DNA from: Candidatus Bathyarchaeota archaeon
Lineage (GTDB): Archaea; Thermoproteota; Bathyarchaeia; Bathyarchaeales; Bathycorpusculaceae
NCBI GenBank assembly: GCA_003151735.1
Contig: PLYI01000118.1
Span: 77,030-141,029 of the forward strand
DNA length: 64,000 nucleotides
Reading direction: 5' to 3'
Both the position numbers and the translations under genes were made by a program. Below, piece after piece: positions 39,304-49,893 of this stretch; position 1 is the stretch's first letter; each line of letters begins with the position of its first letter. Under the pieces are notes generated by a model. That model was not told the DNA's origin. It made no database searches and was given only the letters and a program-made list of their open reading frames with translations.

Positions 39304-41466
39304 TTAGGGAGAATTGATGATTCTCGTGTTGTATGCTTGCAGGTACGCTTTGTGAGCGGCGTCATAGGGGTAACTTTGGTTTGCTGGATATGGGAAGCTG
39401 GTCATTGCTTGGAAGGGAAGCGGATCAACCGAGAACAGCACGTAAGACAAGCCTTTTCCTTTAAACCAGCAGCTGGCAATAACATAGTAGTCTCTGACCA
39501 TGTCTTTTGGAACAGGTGTTGTGTCTACTGGGAACTGCAGTGAAACTACGTCGCCTTCTCGTCCGACGACGAATTTGTCGTCGGCAGATTGCAATAGCGA
39601 TAAAACGTCGCCGTATCTTGTGAATGCTCCGCTGGAATTAGATTCTGAGGTGTATCCTTGCTGGAGGTTAGCGTATGTGGGCATTATGGTTTGGATATTT
39701 AAGTTCTGCTGCGGTGTCGTGTCTACGCCTATGTAGTCGAACCTGATGTCTTGGTAAGTGTTAATTCTTAACTCGTAATCGTTGGTCGGAAACAGGCCTG
39801 TCAAATTAACGACAAACATCTGGTCGGTTACGTCAGGTAATGGGAATTGTCTATCGTCAGGGACACGTATCCAGCTTCCATTCGCCGCTTTAACCTCCAT
39901 ATAAGGTGGCGGTGAAGGTGTTACTCCTGGCTGGTTTGCATATTTCATGAAGTTGTTGCCTCCTGCTTGAGTTGTTGGCCAGTTAATTGTTGCTCCGACT
40001 ACGAGTTTGATTTGTTGTGCGCCGGTAAGGTTGCCTAGATTTAGTGTTAGTTGGTTCCAAGTCCATATGGTGCTGCTTGTGGTGTTTCCGTCTAATTTGG
40101 AGATCAATGGGAGAACATTTTGTCCCTTCCCATCTACTGCGGAAACGGGTAAAGCTGGGTTTTTGCTTACGGTATACATTGTTCCTTGGCCTGCAAGGTT
40201 ATAGATGAACGTGCTTGTGGTAGAGAACAGGTCTGTGTTTGCTGGGTGGTCTATTGCTACTAGTTTGGCTGAGTCCAGATAGAAGATTTCGTCAGAGGTC
40301 TCGGCGATTTTCATGCTGTAGAAGCCATTTTGAGGTTGCAGTTGAGATGGGTTCAGTTTTATGTAGTCCCAAGGGTAATTGTAGGAGAAAACCATTGATC
40401 CATCCGGTTGGAAGTGGTCTAGGTAGCCGAGCCAACCTGCACCATCAGAAACTTCAGCTGCGTAGGAGTAGCTTGTTCCATTCCATGTATACAAGGAAGG
40501 ACATGAACCCAGCCTTATGTAGTATGTTACAGCGTAGGTTTGGGCTTCTATATCCACGGTTTTACTAAGTTGAGTGCTGCCATCGTTCCAGCTTGCAAAA
40601 TCAAACTTTACAGTGCCCCAGCCGCTAACTTGAATTTGCTCTTCAGCTGGAAAAGCAATCGTGTGCGGTCCAACATCTACAAGTTCCTTGTAAGGAGCAA
40701 CCTCGGGGGTACCGTCTAAAGTGAAAGAAAACCCTCCACGACTGGAAATAACATTGAGCGTATGCTTACCTGTTTCCACGACTTTAAATGATGTGGTTTT
40801 TCCGCCTACAACTGCTCTGTAACTTCCAATAATGCTCTCGTTAAAAGATGTCAAAATGGATTCCGCGGCTCCTCCTGCAAGCTGAACCTGAACTCTTTGG
40901 ACAACAGCATCATTCACTAAGAACGGTAATGTATAACTGACGTTTTCGCTTCCTGTGTTAGTTACATCAACTGAAACGTTGATTGCTTGCCCAGGCCAAA
41001 CCTCAACTGGATTGACAAACATGTTAGACACTTTAAGTGCGGCAGGCATCGGAGTGGGCGCAGATGTGACAGTGAAGGCTCCGACTAGGTCGGCAACTGT
41101 TACGTTGTAGCTGCCTTCTTTTGCTTCGCTGACGCTAAATGTGACTAGTTTAGATTCATTAGCTGCAAATTCCAAGTTTTTAGTTTCAACCATTAAATCA
41201 TTAATTTTAAGGATTAGAGAATAGCCGCTTTGAATATCTCCCAGATTAGTCACGTCTGCTGAAATATTTACTGGTTGATTAATGCGCGCTTCATAAGGGT
41301 CTATGGATAGGTTAGTTACTTGAAACGATGCAGTTACCGAAGAAGGGAAGCTAGGCACGAAGTTTTGAACGTAGTAGAAAGCAGCTGCCTCAGCTACGGC
41401 GCCGCTTAATAGGATACAAATCAAAATTATGATTGATTTATTAACCAGAGAATGCGTTCCCCTCAT
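39304..41466 (-). CDS. Membrane-anchored extracellular protein with two CARDB/Ig-like domains
   Basis: N-terminal TM, repeated ISADVTNLG / VSVDVTNTG modules, GSCPSLYTWNG domain. Confidence 0.75.
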   Translation of the reverse strand: MRGTHSLVNKSIIILICILLSGAVAEAAAFYYVQNFVPSFPSSVTASFQVTNLSIDPYEARINQPVNISADVTNLGDIQSGYSLILKINDLMVETKNLEFAANESKLVTFSVSEAKEGSYNVTVADLVGAFTVTSAPTPMPAALKVSNMFVNPVEVWPGQAINVSVDVTNTGSENVSYTLPFLVNDAVVQRVQVQLAGGAAESILTSFNESIIGSYRAVVGGKTTSFKVVETGKHTLNVISSRGGFSFTLDGTPEVAPYKELVDVGPHTIAFPAEEQIQVSGWGTVKFDFASWNDGSTQLSKTVDIEAQTYAVTYYIRLGSCPSLYTWNGTSYSYAAEVSDGAGWLGYLDHFQPDGSMVFSYNYPWDYIKLNPSQLQPQNGFYSMKIAETSDEIFYLDSAKLVAIDHPANTDLFSTTSTFIYNLAGQGTMYTVSKNPALPVSAVDGKGQNVLPLISKLDGNTTSSTIWTWNQLTLNLGNLTGAQQIKLVVGATINWPTTQAGGNNFMKYANQPGVTPSPPPYMEVKAANGSWIRVPDDRQFPLPDVTDQMFVVNLTGLFPTNDYELRINTYQDIRFDYIGVDTTPQQNLNIQTIMPTYANLQQGYTSESNSSGAFTRYGDVLSLLQSADDKFVVGREGDVVSLQFPVDTTPVPKDMVRDYYVIASCWFKGKGLSYVLFSVDPLPFQAMTSFPYPANQSYPYDAAHKAYLQAYNTRIINSP

Positions 41467-41706
41467 ACTCTCTCAGTTCTCAAAAAAAATATGCCCTGTT
41501 GTTTAATAAGTCTTCTCTTTAATTTGGATTCCATCATAACAAACATAAATACCCGCAAAAAACGTATCGGCCGTACTTAATGCGCCTTGCAGCTCGGTTT
41601 TTCCTGGGTAATGCCCATTTAATAATGATTGTATTGAAATTTAAGATTATTATGGCATTAACTATACAAAGTTTTATAAACTGACATAAAAAGCTAATGG
41701 AGCTAG

Positions 41707-41731
41707 TGAACGAGGATATGCTCCTCGTTCA
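41707..41731 (+). promoter_or_regulatory. 5'-UTR hairpin TGAACGAGGA-tatgc-TCCTCGTTCA
   Basis: Perfect 10-bp stem between TTTATAAA (41673-41680) and the CDS start. Confidence 0.5.
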
Positions 41732-41755
41732 ACGGGAATTTAGGAGAAAAGAAAA

Positions 41756-44587
41756 ATGCAAAATATAGAAAACAGTATGAAAAATAAAACTACGGCTATT
41801 ATCATTGCGATAATTCTGTTATCGTCAATGGCTATTACGTTTAACGCTCTTTCAACAGTTAACGCAACAGGTCTATATCCAGTTCCTGGACACCCAACTG
41901 ACAGTTTTGACAATGCTACCTTTACAGCAATCCAACAAGGCATGTATTGGACAAACATGGATGCTAACGCCAGTGCAGCTAGGATTCTAATGTGGACAAG
42001 ATTCCAAGACAAAATACCAACACACGCATACATCGTTACCGCGCCAAACCCCATCGGTATTGGTCAAACATGCAACATTGTGATGTTCAATCCGCAAGTC
42101 CCACCAGGCGCACTATTAACCAACGGAGTTAGGTATACCTACAAATTCACAGTAGTAAAACCTGACGGCACAGTGCAGAATTTCCCTACAGCGACACCTC
42201 CATCTTACTCAGGCTGGAGCCAAAACAGTGTCCAAAATGGCGTTTTCGTATCTGACTCAACTGGCTCAACATACATGTCATATGTACCAGATCAAATCGG
42301 CAACTATACCTTCACTGTCTATTATCAGCAGATGCAGTACCTGTGGAATGCCACAATGGGGGCCACTAATGATTTCTATGGCACTACTTTCTTAGCGAGC
42401 AATTGGACAACGACACTTACCGTTCAGCAAGATGCAGTTTCGCTATCTGGTCTGACAACGCCCGCCTATAATCTAATACCGACCGAGTATTGGTCGCGAC
42501 CAATAGAGCAAGAGAACACTGGTTGGTACGCGATAGCCTCAAACTGGCTAGGCGACACTCATGACACATTCAACGGTGGAAACGAAAACAGATATCAACC
42601 CGACGGCACAGCACCCAACACTGGACACATCTTATGGACAAGACCAATAGAAGACAGCGGAGTCCTTGGCGGAAGTGACACTACAAGACTTGGCAACACT
42701 TTCAACACAGGATCTCAATACCAGCCAAGATTCCTCAACCCAATAATCATGTACGGCAGACTCTACTTCTCTCCAAACCTCTACAGCTCTGGCGCAAGCC
42801 AAATGATGGACTGCGTTGACCTGAAAACAGGGCAACTACTATGGGAGGAAAACGTCACTGCAACATCAGGATTGAACGCGCTTTGGTCTTCTGCATACAC
42901 AACAAGTTTAGTTGGCAATCCTTTCGGCTACTACTACAGTCAAGACGATCCTAACCAACACGGAATCCAAAACCCAGGCTGGCTATTCGCCGCCAACTTT
43001 GCAGTCGGATTCCAACCAGAGAGAGGCATACCATACCTTCACATAGCTAACGTTCCTGGATCAGGCAATAATTCCGCTACCACATGGACTGAAACACATG
43101 ACCCAATGGGGGCAGTTATACGCTTCCAAATACAAAACAAAGGAAATACTACAAACCCCAGCTATTACCTAAGCGAATGGAATTCATCTAAAGTCATTCC
43201 AATGTTAGCAGCAGGTAGCGACCCAACATCAAACGTTATAGATGCCAGCACCGCATCCCGTTACGACTGGAACATGTCTATGCCTTGGAACTTTACCACA
43301 GCGCCAAGTCTAAAAGGCGCAAAACTCGGTGACGTTCTGTTTGGTTGGAATGGCACATGGCCATATGGAACTGGCGCACCAACATACGCTTATCCAGACA
43401 ATGTTACCGTCTGGGCATTGAGTTTAGACCCTGCCACCCTTGGACAAGTATTGTACATAAAGACTATCTCGACAGATGATACAGTAAACAACGTCAACAA
43501 CATCATATCTCGCGTGGACGCACAGGATGGCGTTTTCGTTACTGTAAACGTTCCAGTTCAGTCATTCACTGCATACGACATGCACACAGGCAACAAACTT
43601 TGGACAACTGATGAACAAGCTAACACCGTAACACCCTACGGTTACTACGGTTGGGCTAGCTTGGCAGGTACTACACAGACTAAAATTGCTTACGGCTTGT
43701 TCTACGTTGGAGGCTACAGTGGAACAGTTTCCGCATATAACCTTACAACCGGCAAGCTAGTATGGCGAAACTCTATTATCCCACCAGGAACCGCCGGTAA
43801 CCTAAAGTCAAGCCCCGCAATGATGGACCTTATCGCTGACGGAAAACTTTACGTAGGAACTCATGAACACTCTGCAGAAACACCATTGGAACCAGGCAAC
43901 ATGATTCGCGCATTAAACGCAACCACTGGGGAAATCATCTGGCAAATGGCAGGTTGGGCATGGCCAATGTCCGTTGCTGTTGCAGATGGAGTATTCATCT
44001 ACTGGAACTTCTATGATGGACAAGTATACGCTATCGGACAAGGACCAACATCTCTGACCGTTAGTGCACCACAAGCATCCGTTGAACTGGGCAGATCACT
44101 AGTTATCACTGGCACAGTCACTGACGTCTCCGCAGGCACAAACCAAGAAGTACCAAAAGCTAACCATCCAAGTGGCGTTGCAGCCGTATCTGACGACAGC
44201 ATGAGTCAGTGGATGGAATACATATACATGCAGAAAGCAAAGCCAACAAACACCACCGGAGTTCCAGTATCTCTGGATGTGATTGACGCAAACGGTAACC
44301 AACGAAACATCGGCACGACTACTAGCGACTCGAGCGGTGCATTTAGTTTCCAGTGGACACCTGACATTGAAGGCAAATACACAGTTATAGCTACGTTTGC
44401 AGGTTCACAATCGTACTATGGATCTTCCTCTGAAACCAGCTTCGCAGTTGACCCTGCAGCACCAACACCACCTCCATATCCAGTAACTAGCCTGCCACCA
44501 ACTGAAACCTACATCTTAGCCTCGGGTATTGCGATAATTATTGCAATAGCTATAGCAACAATGCTCATCCTCAGAAAACGACCATAA
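41756..44587 (+). CDS. Large PQQ-like beta-propeller cell-surface protein
   Basis: Signal peptide, CVDLKTGQLLWE, ALNATTGEIIW, ADGKLY, C-terminal TM and LRKRP. Confidence 0.88.
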   Translation: MQNIENSMKNKTTAIIIAIILLSSMAITFNALSTVNATGLYPVPGHPTDSFDNATFTAIQQGMYWTNMDANASAARILMWTRFQDKIPTHAYIVTAPNPIGIGQTCNIVMFNPQVPPGALLTNGVRYTYKFTVVKPDGTVQNFPTATPPSYSGWSQNSVQNGVFVSDSTGSTYMSYVPDQIGNYTFTVYYQQMQYLWNATMGATNDFYGTTFLASNWTTTLTVQQDAVSLSGLTTPAYNLIPTEYWSRPIEQENTGWYAIASNWLGDTHDTFNGGNENRYQPDGTAPNTGHILWTRPIEDSGVLGGSDTTRLGNTFNTGSQYQPRFLNPIIMYGRLYFSPNLYSSGASQMMDCVDLKTGQLLWEENVTATSGLNALWSSAYTTSLVGNPFGYYYSQDDPNQHGIQNPGWLFAANFAVGFQPERGIPYLHIANVPGSGNNSATTWTETHDPMGAVIRFQIQNKGNTTNPSYYLSEWNSSKVIPMLAAGSDPTSNVIDASTASRYDWNMSMPWNFTTAPSLKGAKLGDVLFGWNGTWPYGTGAPTYAYPDNVTVWALSLDPATLGQVLYIKTISTDDTVNNVNNIISRVDAQDGVFVTVNVPVQSFTAYDMHTGNKLWTTDEQANTVTPYGYYGWASLAGTTQTKIAYGLFYVGGYSGTVSAYNLTTGKLVWRNSIIPPGTAGNLKSSPAMMDLIADGKLYVGTHEHSAETPLEPGNMIRALNATTGEIIWQMAGWAWPMSVAVADGVFIYWNFYDGQVYAIGQGPTSLTVSAPQASVELGRSLVITGTVTDVSAGTNQEVPKANHPSGVAAVSDDSMSQWMEYIYMQKAKPTNTTGVPVSLDVIDANGNQRNIGTTTSDSSGAFSFQWTPDIEGKYTVIATFAGSQSYYGSSSETSFAVDPAAPTPPPYPVTSLPPTETYILASGIAIIIAIAIATMLILRKRP

Positions 44588-44605
44588 AAACAAAACCAAA
44601 CAATC

Positions 44606-44628
44606 CCTTTTTCCTTTTTTTATTTTCC
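44606..44628 (+). terminator. T-rich archaeal terminator
   Basis: CCCTTTTTCCTTTTTTTATTTTC just after the stop codon. Confidence 0.5.
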
Positions 44629-44668
44629 AATAAATTAACAAAGTTTTTAAAAGATAAACTTCGTTTTG

Positions 44669-45948
44669 TTAGCTGTTTTGTGTTTTTATCTGTGCTACTT
44701 TACCCGAATCAGCCCATACTTCAACCGATATGCTATTCACGTTGCCCGGGTAAACATTGTCCAAGTAAAATGTAACAGTATACTGTGGGTATAGTGCTAA
44801 GCCGTTTTTGGTGTTTGGGTGAAAAACCACTGTGACGGGCTGGGCCAGCACGTTGAAGTTGGAGACTGTTGTGCCGTTTGATGTCCAGCTGTAGCTGTTC
44901 AGGGCGTTTTTTGCCAGTTCCACTGCGCTATCGTTGGATATGTTAACTGTTGTGCTTCCGATAGTGAACAAAAACCAGCCGTCCGTTAAGGTTTCTAAGT
45001 CGTTGTTATCGAAGATTAAGCTCAGGCTTTTAGGAGAGTAGTCAACGCCGTTTTCTGTATACATCAGAAGTATCTGAGCGCTATTCCCTTGGCTTGTAAA
45101 GTTTAATTTTATGTTTCCTTCTGAGATTTGGATGTTTTGGGTTTGAGCGTTAACCATCGATAGCAAACTGCTCATGTTTGCAAGATAAGCGGTATTCTCG
45201 TATGTTGCCAGCCTTCCCAGCAAACCCTTAGCAACACCCAAGACATTGTACGGCTGCGCCTGAGAATAAACCGGTGATCCCTCAAGCAGAATAATCTGGT
45301 AGCGTGATAACTGGTTGTTTCTAAACCTGAAAACCACATCCATTTTGCTGTCACTGCTCGTAAGCGAGTAAGTCATAATTTGTTCTAAGGCTCCGCCTAA
45401 ATCCGAACGTTGCTCAACAGTATTACTCAGAAGCGTCGCCTGATAGTGCGAGGTGTCGATTTGTGTTACTTGCTGAAGAAAACTAATTGCGCTGTTTGTG
45501 GTATTGCTCCAAGACAGTAGTTGATTGTCTTTTGACTGCAAATTGTCTCGTTCGTTGGTCGCTTGGTTTAGGGCGCCAAACTGCAGGGTTGCCATGCTTG
45601 AAAAAAGGATTAAACCGACAAGCAAAATTCCAAGGGTCGCTTTCCACTTCAACGATAATGAGGTGCGTTTTTTTGGTTGAACTGGAGGTGCTTCCTCCAC
45701 AACCTTCATCGTGCCAACAGCAGCTAACCCAAAAGTAGACAGCCTATAAATGCGTCGTCATTTTTGGTCACTAGCTCCCCTAAACTTTCAAGGTGATAAG
45801 TTAAATTAGAACTTGAAACCCCGATCAAATCGACCATTTCAGAGAAAGTCAACGGTTTATCAGCTAATATTCGAAGTATCTTGCGGCGGGCAGGATGCTT
45901 AAGAGAACTAAACATGGTTGAGTAAATCTCTTCTTTCCCCTAAGACAC
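44669..45948 (-). pseudogene. ArsR-like wHTH-TM-extracellular sensor gene split by a 1-bp frameshift near 45752
   Basis: SLKHPARRKILRIL..HLESLGELVTKNDD continues in another frame as IYRLSTFGLAAVGTMKVVEEAP; also TAG at codon 3 after GTG 45948. Confidence 0.75.
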
Positions 45949-46108
45949 CCGTCTCTACCGTGAATACAACATTGTTTTGAGTATGCATTAAAACTTTTTC
46001 AAACTTTCCTAAAACTTAACCATTGCCGCCTCTAGCAAAATTGAAGCGGAACGTAAATTAGAAATAACCGTAGCTTCTGATATTGTTTGGTTTAGAGGCT
46101 TAAGTTTC

Positions 46109-47653
46109 ATGACTGATGTTGTGTTTGTCTTTGAAGTTCACCAGCCCCACAGACTGAGGCGAAACCTTTTCTGGGAAGGCAAAGTCCTGAGGCGTTTATC
46201 GAAAGATGAATTGTTCAACTATTACTTCGACAATGAAGCTGACAGAGAAATCTTTAAGCGTGCCGCAAGAAAATGCTATTTTCCCTCAAACCAGATACTT
46301 CTCGACGTAATAGACAAACACAAACATGACCATAAACAGGTTAAAGTTTCCTTCAGTATTTCAGGAGTTTTCCTCGAACAATGCGAAATGTTCGATAAAG
46401 ACCTGCTTGAAAGCTTCAGGCAACTCTCAGCCACCGGGCGAGTGGAGTTTCTAAACCAAACATACTACCACTCAATCGCCAGCCTTTACCCTGAAAAAGA
46501 AGAATTTATCGCTCAAGTTGCGATGCACAAGCAGACCACAAAGGATTTACTCGCCTATACGCCGCAAGTTTTCGAGAACACCGAACTGCTCTACAACAAC
46601 ACCATAGCCAAAACCGTTGAGAGCATAGGATACAAGGGCATTTACACGGAAGGCATAGAGAAGATTCTGGGCGGAAAATCACCAAACTACATCTATACTC
46701 CCAAAGACACAAAAAAAATCCGAATTCTGCTGCGGAATTACAAGTTGACTGATGATATAGGTTTTAGGTTTTCGGAAAGATGGTGGCCCGAATGGCCCTT
46801 GACCGCCGACAAGTACGCGAGATGGCTAGCTGAAACCAAGGGTGAATGTATCAACATTTTCCCCGATTACGAAACATTCGGTGAACACCATTGGCCAGAA
46901 ACTGGCATCCACAGCTTCCTCCAGCACCTGCCAGACGAGATTTTGAAATATGACCATTTACAGATGGTTACTCCGTCCGAAGTTGTTGATAAACATGCTT
47001 CAGCAGGAGAAATCGATGTTCCAGAAGCTGGAGGCACCGTTTCTTGGGCCGATATTCAACGTGACCAGTCTGGATGGCTTGGCAACGTCATGCAATGGGC
47101 ATACTACACCACGCTGCGCAGGTTAGAGCCGCTTATAAAAGAAGCTGGTGATGATGAGTTTCTCAGGCTGTGGCGTGACTTCCAAACAAGCGACCACTTA
47201 TACTACATGTTCACTGCTGGCGGGGGACCAGGAGAAGTACATTCGTACTTCAGTCCGTTTGAGTCGCCTATGGATGCTTTTGTAGCTGCACAAACGTTGC
47301 TAAACGATTTTGAAGCTAGGTTAAGAATTGTAGTGTTAACCGCTAACGAGCCTTTCTTGTTCTACACTGGCATCGGAAAAGACAACTACACTGGCGTAAT
47401 GGCATGGAGCTTAAAGGGATTTATTAAAGCACTCGAAGAAGTAAATGTCAAAGCTATAAAATTCCATGTTGGCAACGGCGATTTTGAAAGTTGGGCAAAA
47501 AACTCGCTAAAAGACAAGAAATTAGCTTCCCAAATTAAAGCCCTCAATTCAGAAGAGGAAGGTGGCAACCTTAGAAAAGCAATAGTTGAGGCTGCAAAAA
47601 AGCGCTACAATACCTTGAACAAGGAGTTACAAGATGCCACACAGCTTTTCTAA
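46109..47653 (+). CDS. Glycoside hydrolase family 57 (alpha-amylase-like) with extra C-terminal domain
   Basis: FEVHQP, QTYYHS, ENTEL, DYETFGEH, SWAD, QTSDH. Confidence 0.93.
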   Translation: MTDVVFVFEVHQPHRLRRNLFWEGKVLRRLSKDELFNYYFDNEADREIFKRAARKCYFPSNQILLDVIDKHKHDHKQVKVSFSISGVFLEQCEMFDKDLLESFRQLSATGRVEFLNQTYYHSIASLYPEKEEFIAQVAMHKQTTKDLLAYTPQVFENTELLYNNTIAKTVESIGYKGIYTEGIEKILGGKSPNYIYTPKDTKKIRILLRNYKLTDDIGFRFSERWWPEWPLTADKYARWLAETKGECINIFPDYETFGEHHWPETGIHSFLQHLPDEILKYDHLQMVTPSEVVDKHASAGEIDVPEAGGTVSWADIQRDQSGWLGNVMQWAYYTTLRRLEPLIKEAGDDEFLRLWRDFQTSDHLYYMFTAGGGPGEVHSYFSPFESPMDAFVAAQTLLNDFEARLRIVVLTANEPFLFYTGIGKDNYTGVMAWSLKGFIKALEEVNVKAIKFHVGNGDFESWAKNSLKDKKLASQIKALNSEEEGGNLRKAIVEAAKKRYNTLNKELQDATQLF

Positions 47654-47717
47654 GAAACGCTCTCGTATGCGTTTATTAGATAAGTTGCTCTACTCTTTGA
47701 TGGCATGGTGTTGTTAA

Positions 47718-47969
47718 ATGAGAGAAGAGCTTCCGTTTCCAGACAAGGTTCTCCAGACACTGCACAATTTGTGTGCTACCGCCGCTGATTTAGCACGTAG
47801 AGGCGAGGAAGTAGCACGGCTTCTGCAGAAAGATCCAAACGAAATTGAAAGCATTCTAGACCAATACAAGTCTGAAGGTTTCGCTGAAAGCTTCTATGAT
47901 AATGAGGGCAAGAAACGGTATTATCTTAATGGAAGAGGAATAATTAAGGTCTGCTCACTTTTTACGTAG
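47718..47969 (+). CDS. Small wHTH-like protein
   Basis: Helical HTH-like segment with wing KKRYYL. Confidence 0.6.
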   Translation: MREELPFPDKVLQTLHNLCATAADLARRGEEVARLLQKDPNEIESILDQYKSEGFAESFYDNEGKKRYYLNGRGIIKVCSLFT

Positions 47970-47978
47970 AGGAGAACC

Positions 47979-48602
47979 ATGCGCGTCATCATTTTTTCTT
48001 GGGAGTATCCGCCTCGTGTTGTAGGTTATCTCTCTGGATACGTCAGCTCTCTATCAACTCAACTTGCCAGCAGCAAAGTTGACGTTAACGTTGTAACTTT
48101 CGATGACTTCTCAACTGGCCAAACACAGGAACCCAGCGGCGTTAAAACCTTTAGAGTCGCTAATCCTGTGCGAACTCATATAGGCGTCTTAACTTGGGTT
48201 TTGACATTAAACCAGGAAGTTGAGCGGGAGGCAGCCAACGTTTACTATGACTCACAAAAACAAATTGACTTAATAGACGTTTACGACTGGCATTTCATCC
48301 CAGCTGCAGTCACGTTAAAAAACGGTCTTGGCATCCCATTTGTTTACTCGGTTGAAAGCCTAGAAGACCATCGCTCACCAAATGCCCTCGCATCATATAA
48401 CATGGCAATTAAAAGCATCGAGTGGCTTGGATTTTATGAAGCAGCAAAAATAAGCGTAAAATCCCAGTGGATGCGAGACGAGATCATTAGGATTTACAAG
48501 GCTCCCCCAGAAAAAATAACAGTTATCTCAACAGACCCCAGCGTCTGGAACCAAGAGGTCCTAAAACTATACCAAAGCGTGGTGGCGGAGGCAAAGCAAT
48601 GA
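47979..48602 (+). CDS. Glycosyltransferase family 4, N-terminal domain only
   Basis: SWEYPPRVVG, DVYDW; lacks the C-terminal EPFG domain. Confidence 0.8.
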   Translation: MRVIIFSWEYPPRVVGYLSGYVSSLSTQLASSKVDVNVVTFDDFSTGQTQEPSGVKTFRVANPVRTHIGVLTWVLTLNQEVEREAANVYYDSQKQIDLIDVYDWHFIPAAVTLKNGLGIPFVYSVESLEDHRSPNALASYNMAIKSIEWLGFYEAAKISVKSQWMRDEIIRIYKAPPEKITVISTDPSVWNQEVLKLYQSVVAEAKQ

Positions 48603-49825
48603 AAGATAAATTAAGCGTCATGATGCTTAGTTGGGAATATCCGCCAAGAGTCATCGGAGGCATATCACCCCACGTCTACTTTTTATCAAAATATTTAACT
48701 AAGCATGACGTTAAAGTTTATGTGGTAACCTGCGATTTTCCAGGGGCACCAGCACACGAAGTAATCGACGACGTGGAAGTCTACCGAATTGATTCCTACA
48801 AAAACCCTGCGCCCGACTTTGCCACCTGGGTTTACCTGATGAACATGAACATGCAAAAAGAAACAGCTGCTCTAACACGAAAAATCGCCGACAAAATCGA
48901 TGTTTTCCACGCGCACGATTGGCTTGTGGCAAACGCCGGTATCGGTCTTAAGCATGTTTTTCGAAAGCCTCTTTTGGTGACTATGCATTCAACCGAGATG
49001 GGTAGACGAGATGGATTGCATACCACTACTGAAAAAATGATTCATGAAACCGAAGCATGGCTTACTTATGAAGCTTGGAAGGTTATTTGCTGCAGCGAAT
49101 ACATGATTTCCCATGTCAAATACGTTTTTGGTTTGCCCAGTGACAAGTTGGTTATGGTTCCAAACGGAGTAAACATACACTCTTACGACGGCGAATGTGA
49201 CGTGAAGGATTTTCGAACCAAGTTTGCTTTGCCTCAAGAAAAAATCGTTCTCTACGTTGGACGCTTGGTTTACGAGAAAGGAATCCATGTTCTGATTAAT
49301 GCTGTGCCAAAAATCCTCAGCAAAGTTGACGCTAAATTCGTTATCGTCGGTAGCGGCTACATGAAAGAGCAGCTTTTAAACATCGTGCGTAGCATGGGTT
49401 TGGAGCATAAAGTGCTTTTTGAGGGCTTCATGGATGAGGCAACCCTGCTTAAACTTCAGAGGTGCGCAGATGTTTCTGTTGTGCCCTCTCTGTTTGAACC
49501 CTTCGGCATCGTGGCGTTGGAAGCTATGGCAGCAAAGAGTCCCGTCGTTGCATCTGACACCGGAGGCTTATCAGAAATAATCGAGCATGACGTGACAGGC
49601 GTTAAGGTTTACCCAAACAACCCTGATTCGCTGGCTTGGGGCATAACAAAGGTATTGCTTGATGAAAATTATTCTAAGCGCCTCAAGAACAACGCATACG
49701 AGCGAGTTCAGGAAAGGTATGATTGGGAAAAAATCGCTCAGCAAACCATGCGAATATACGAGGGTGTTTTAGGTGAGTACTCCAAGAGTTTCTGGGCTCA
49801 AACCGCACAAACAAGTAACCCCTGA
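48599..49825 (+). CDS. Glycosyltransferase family 4 (alpha-glucan synthase-like)
   Basis: WEYPPRVIGG, HAHDW, GRLVYEKG, EPFGIVALEAM. Confidence 0.94.
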   Translation: MKDKLSVMMLSWEYPPRVIGGISPHVYFLSKYLTKHDVKVYVVTCDFPGAPAHEVIDDVEVYRIDSYKNPAPDFATWVYLMNMNMQKETAALTRKIADKIDVFHAHDWLVANAGIGLKHVFRKPLLVTMHSTEMGRRDGLHTTTEKMIHETEAWLTYEAWKVICCSEYMISHVKYVFGLPSDKLVMVPNGVNIHSYDGECDVKDFRTKFALPQEKIVLYVGRLVYEKGIHVLINAVPKILSKVDAKFVIVGSGYMKEQLLNIVRSMGLEHKVLFEGFMDEATLLKLQRCADVSVVPSLFEPFGIVALEAMAAKSPVVASDTGGLSEIIEHDVTGVKVYPNNPDSLAWGITKVLLDENYSKRLKNNAYERVQERYDWEKIAQQTMRIYEGVLGEYSKSFWAQTAQTSNP

Positions 49826-49893
49826 TATGTAAGAACCCCTTAAAGACTGAACAGAAAATTGTAGCTCTGCTCTCCCGAAATAGGAATAAGGTT

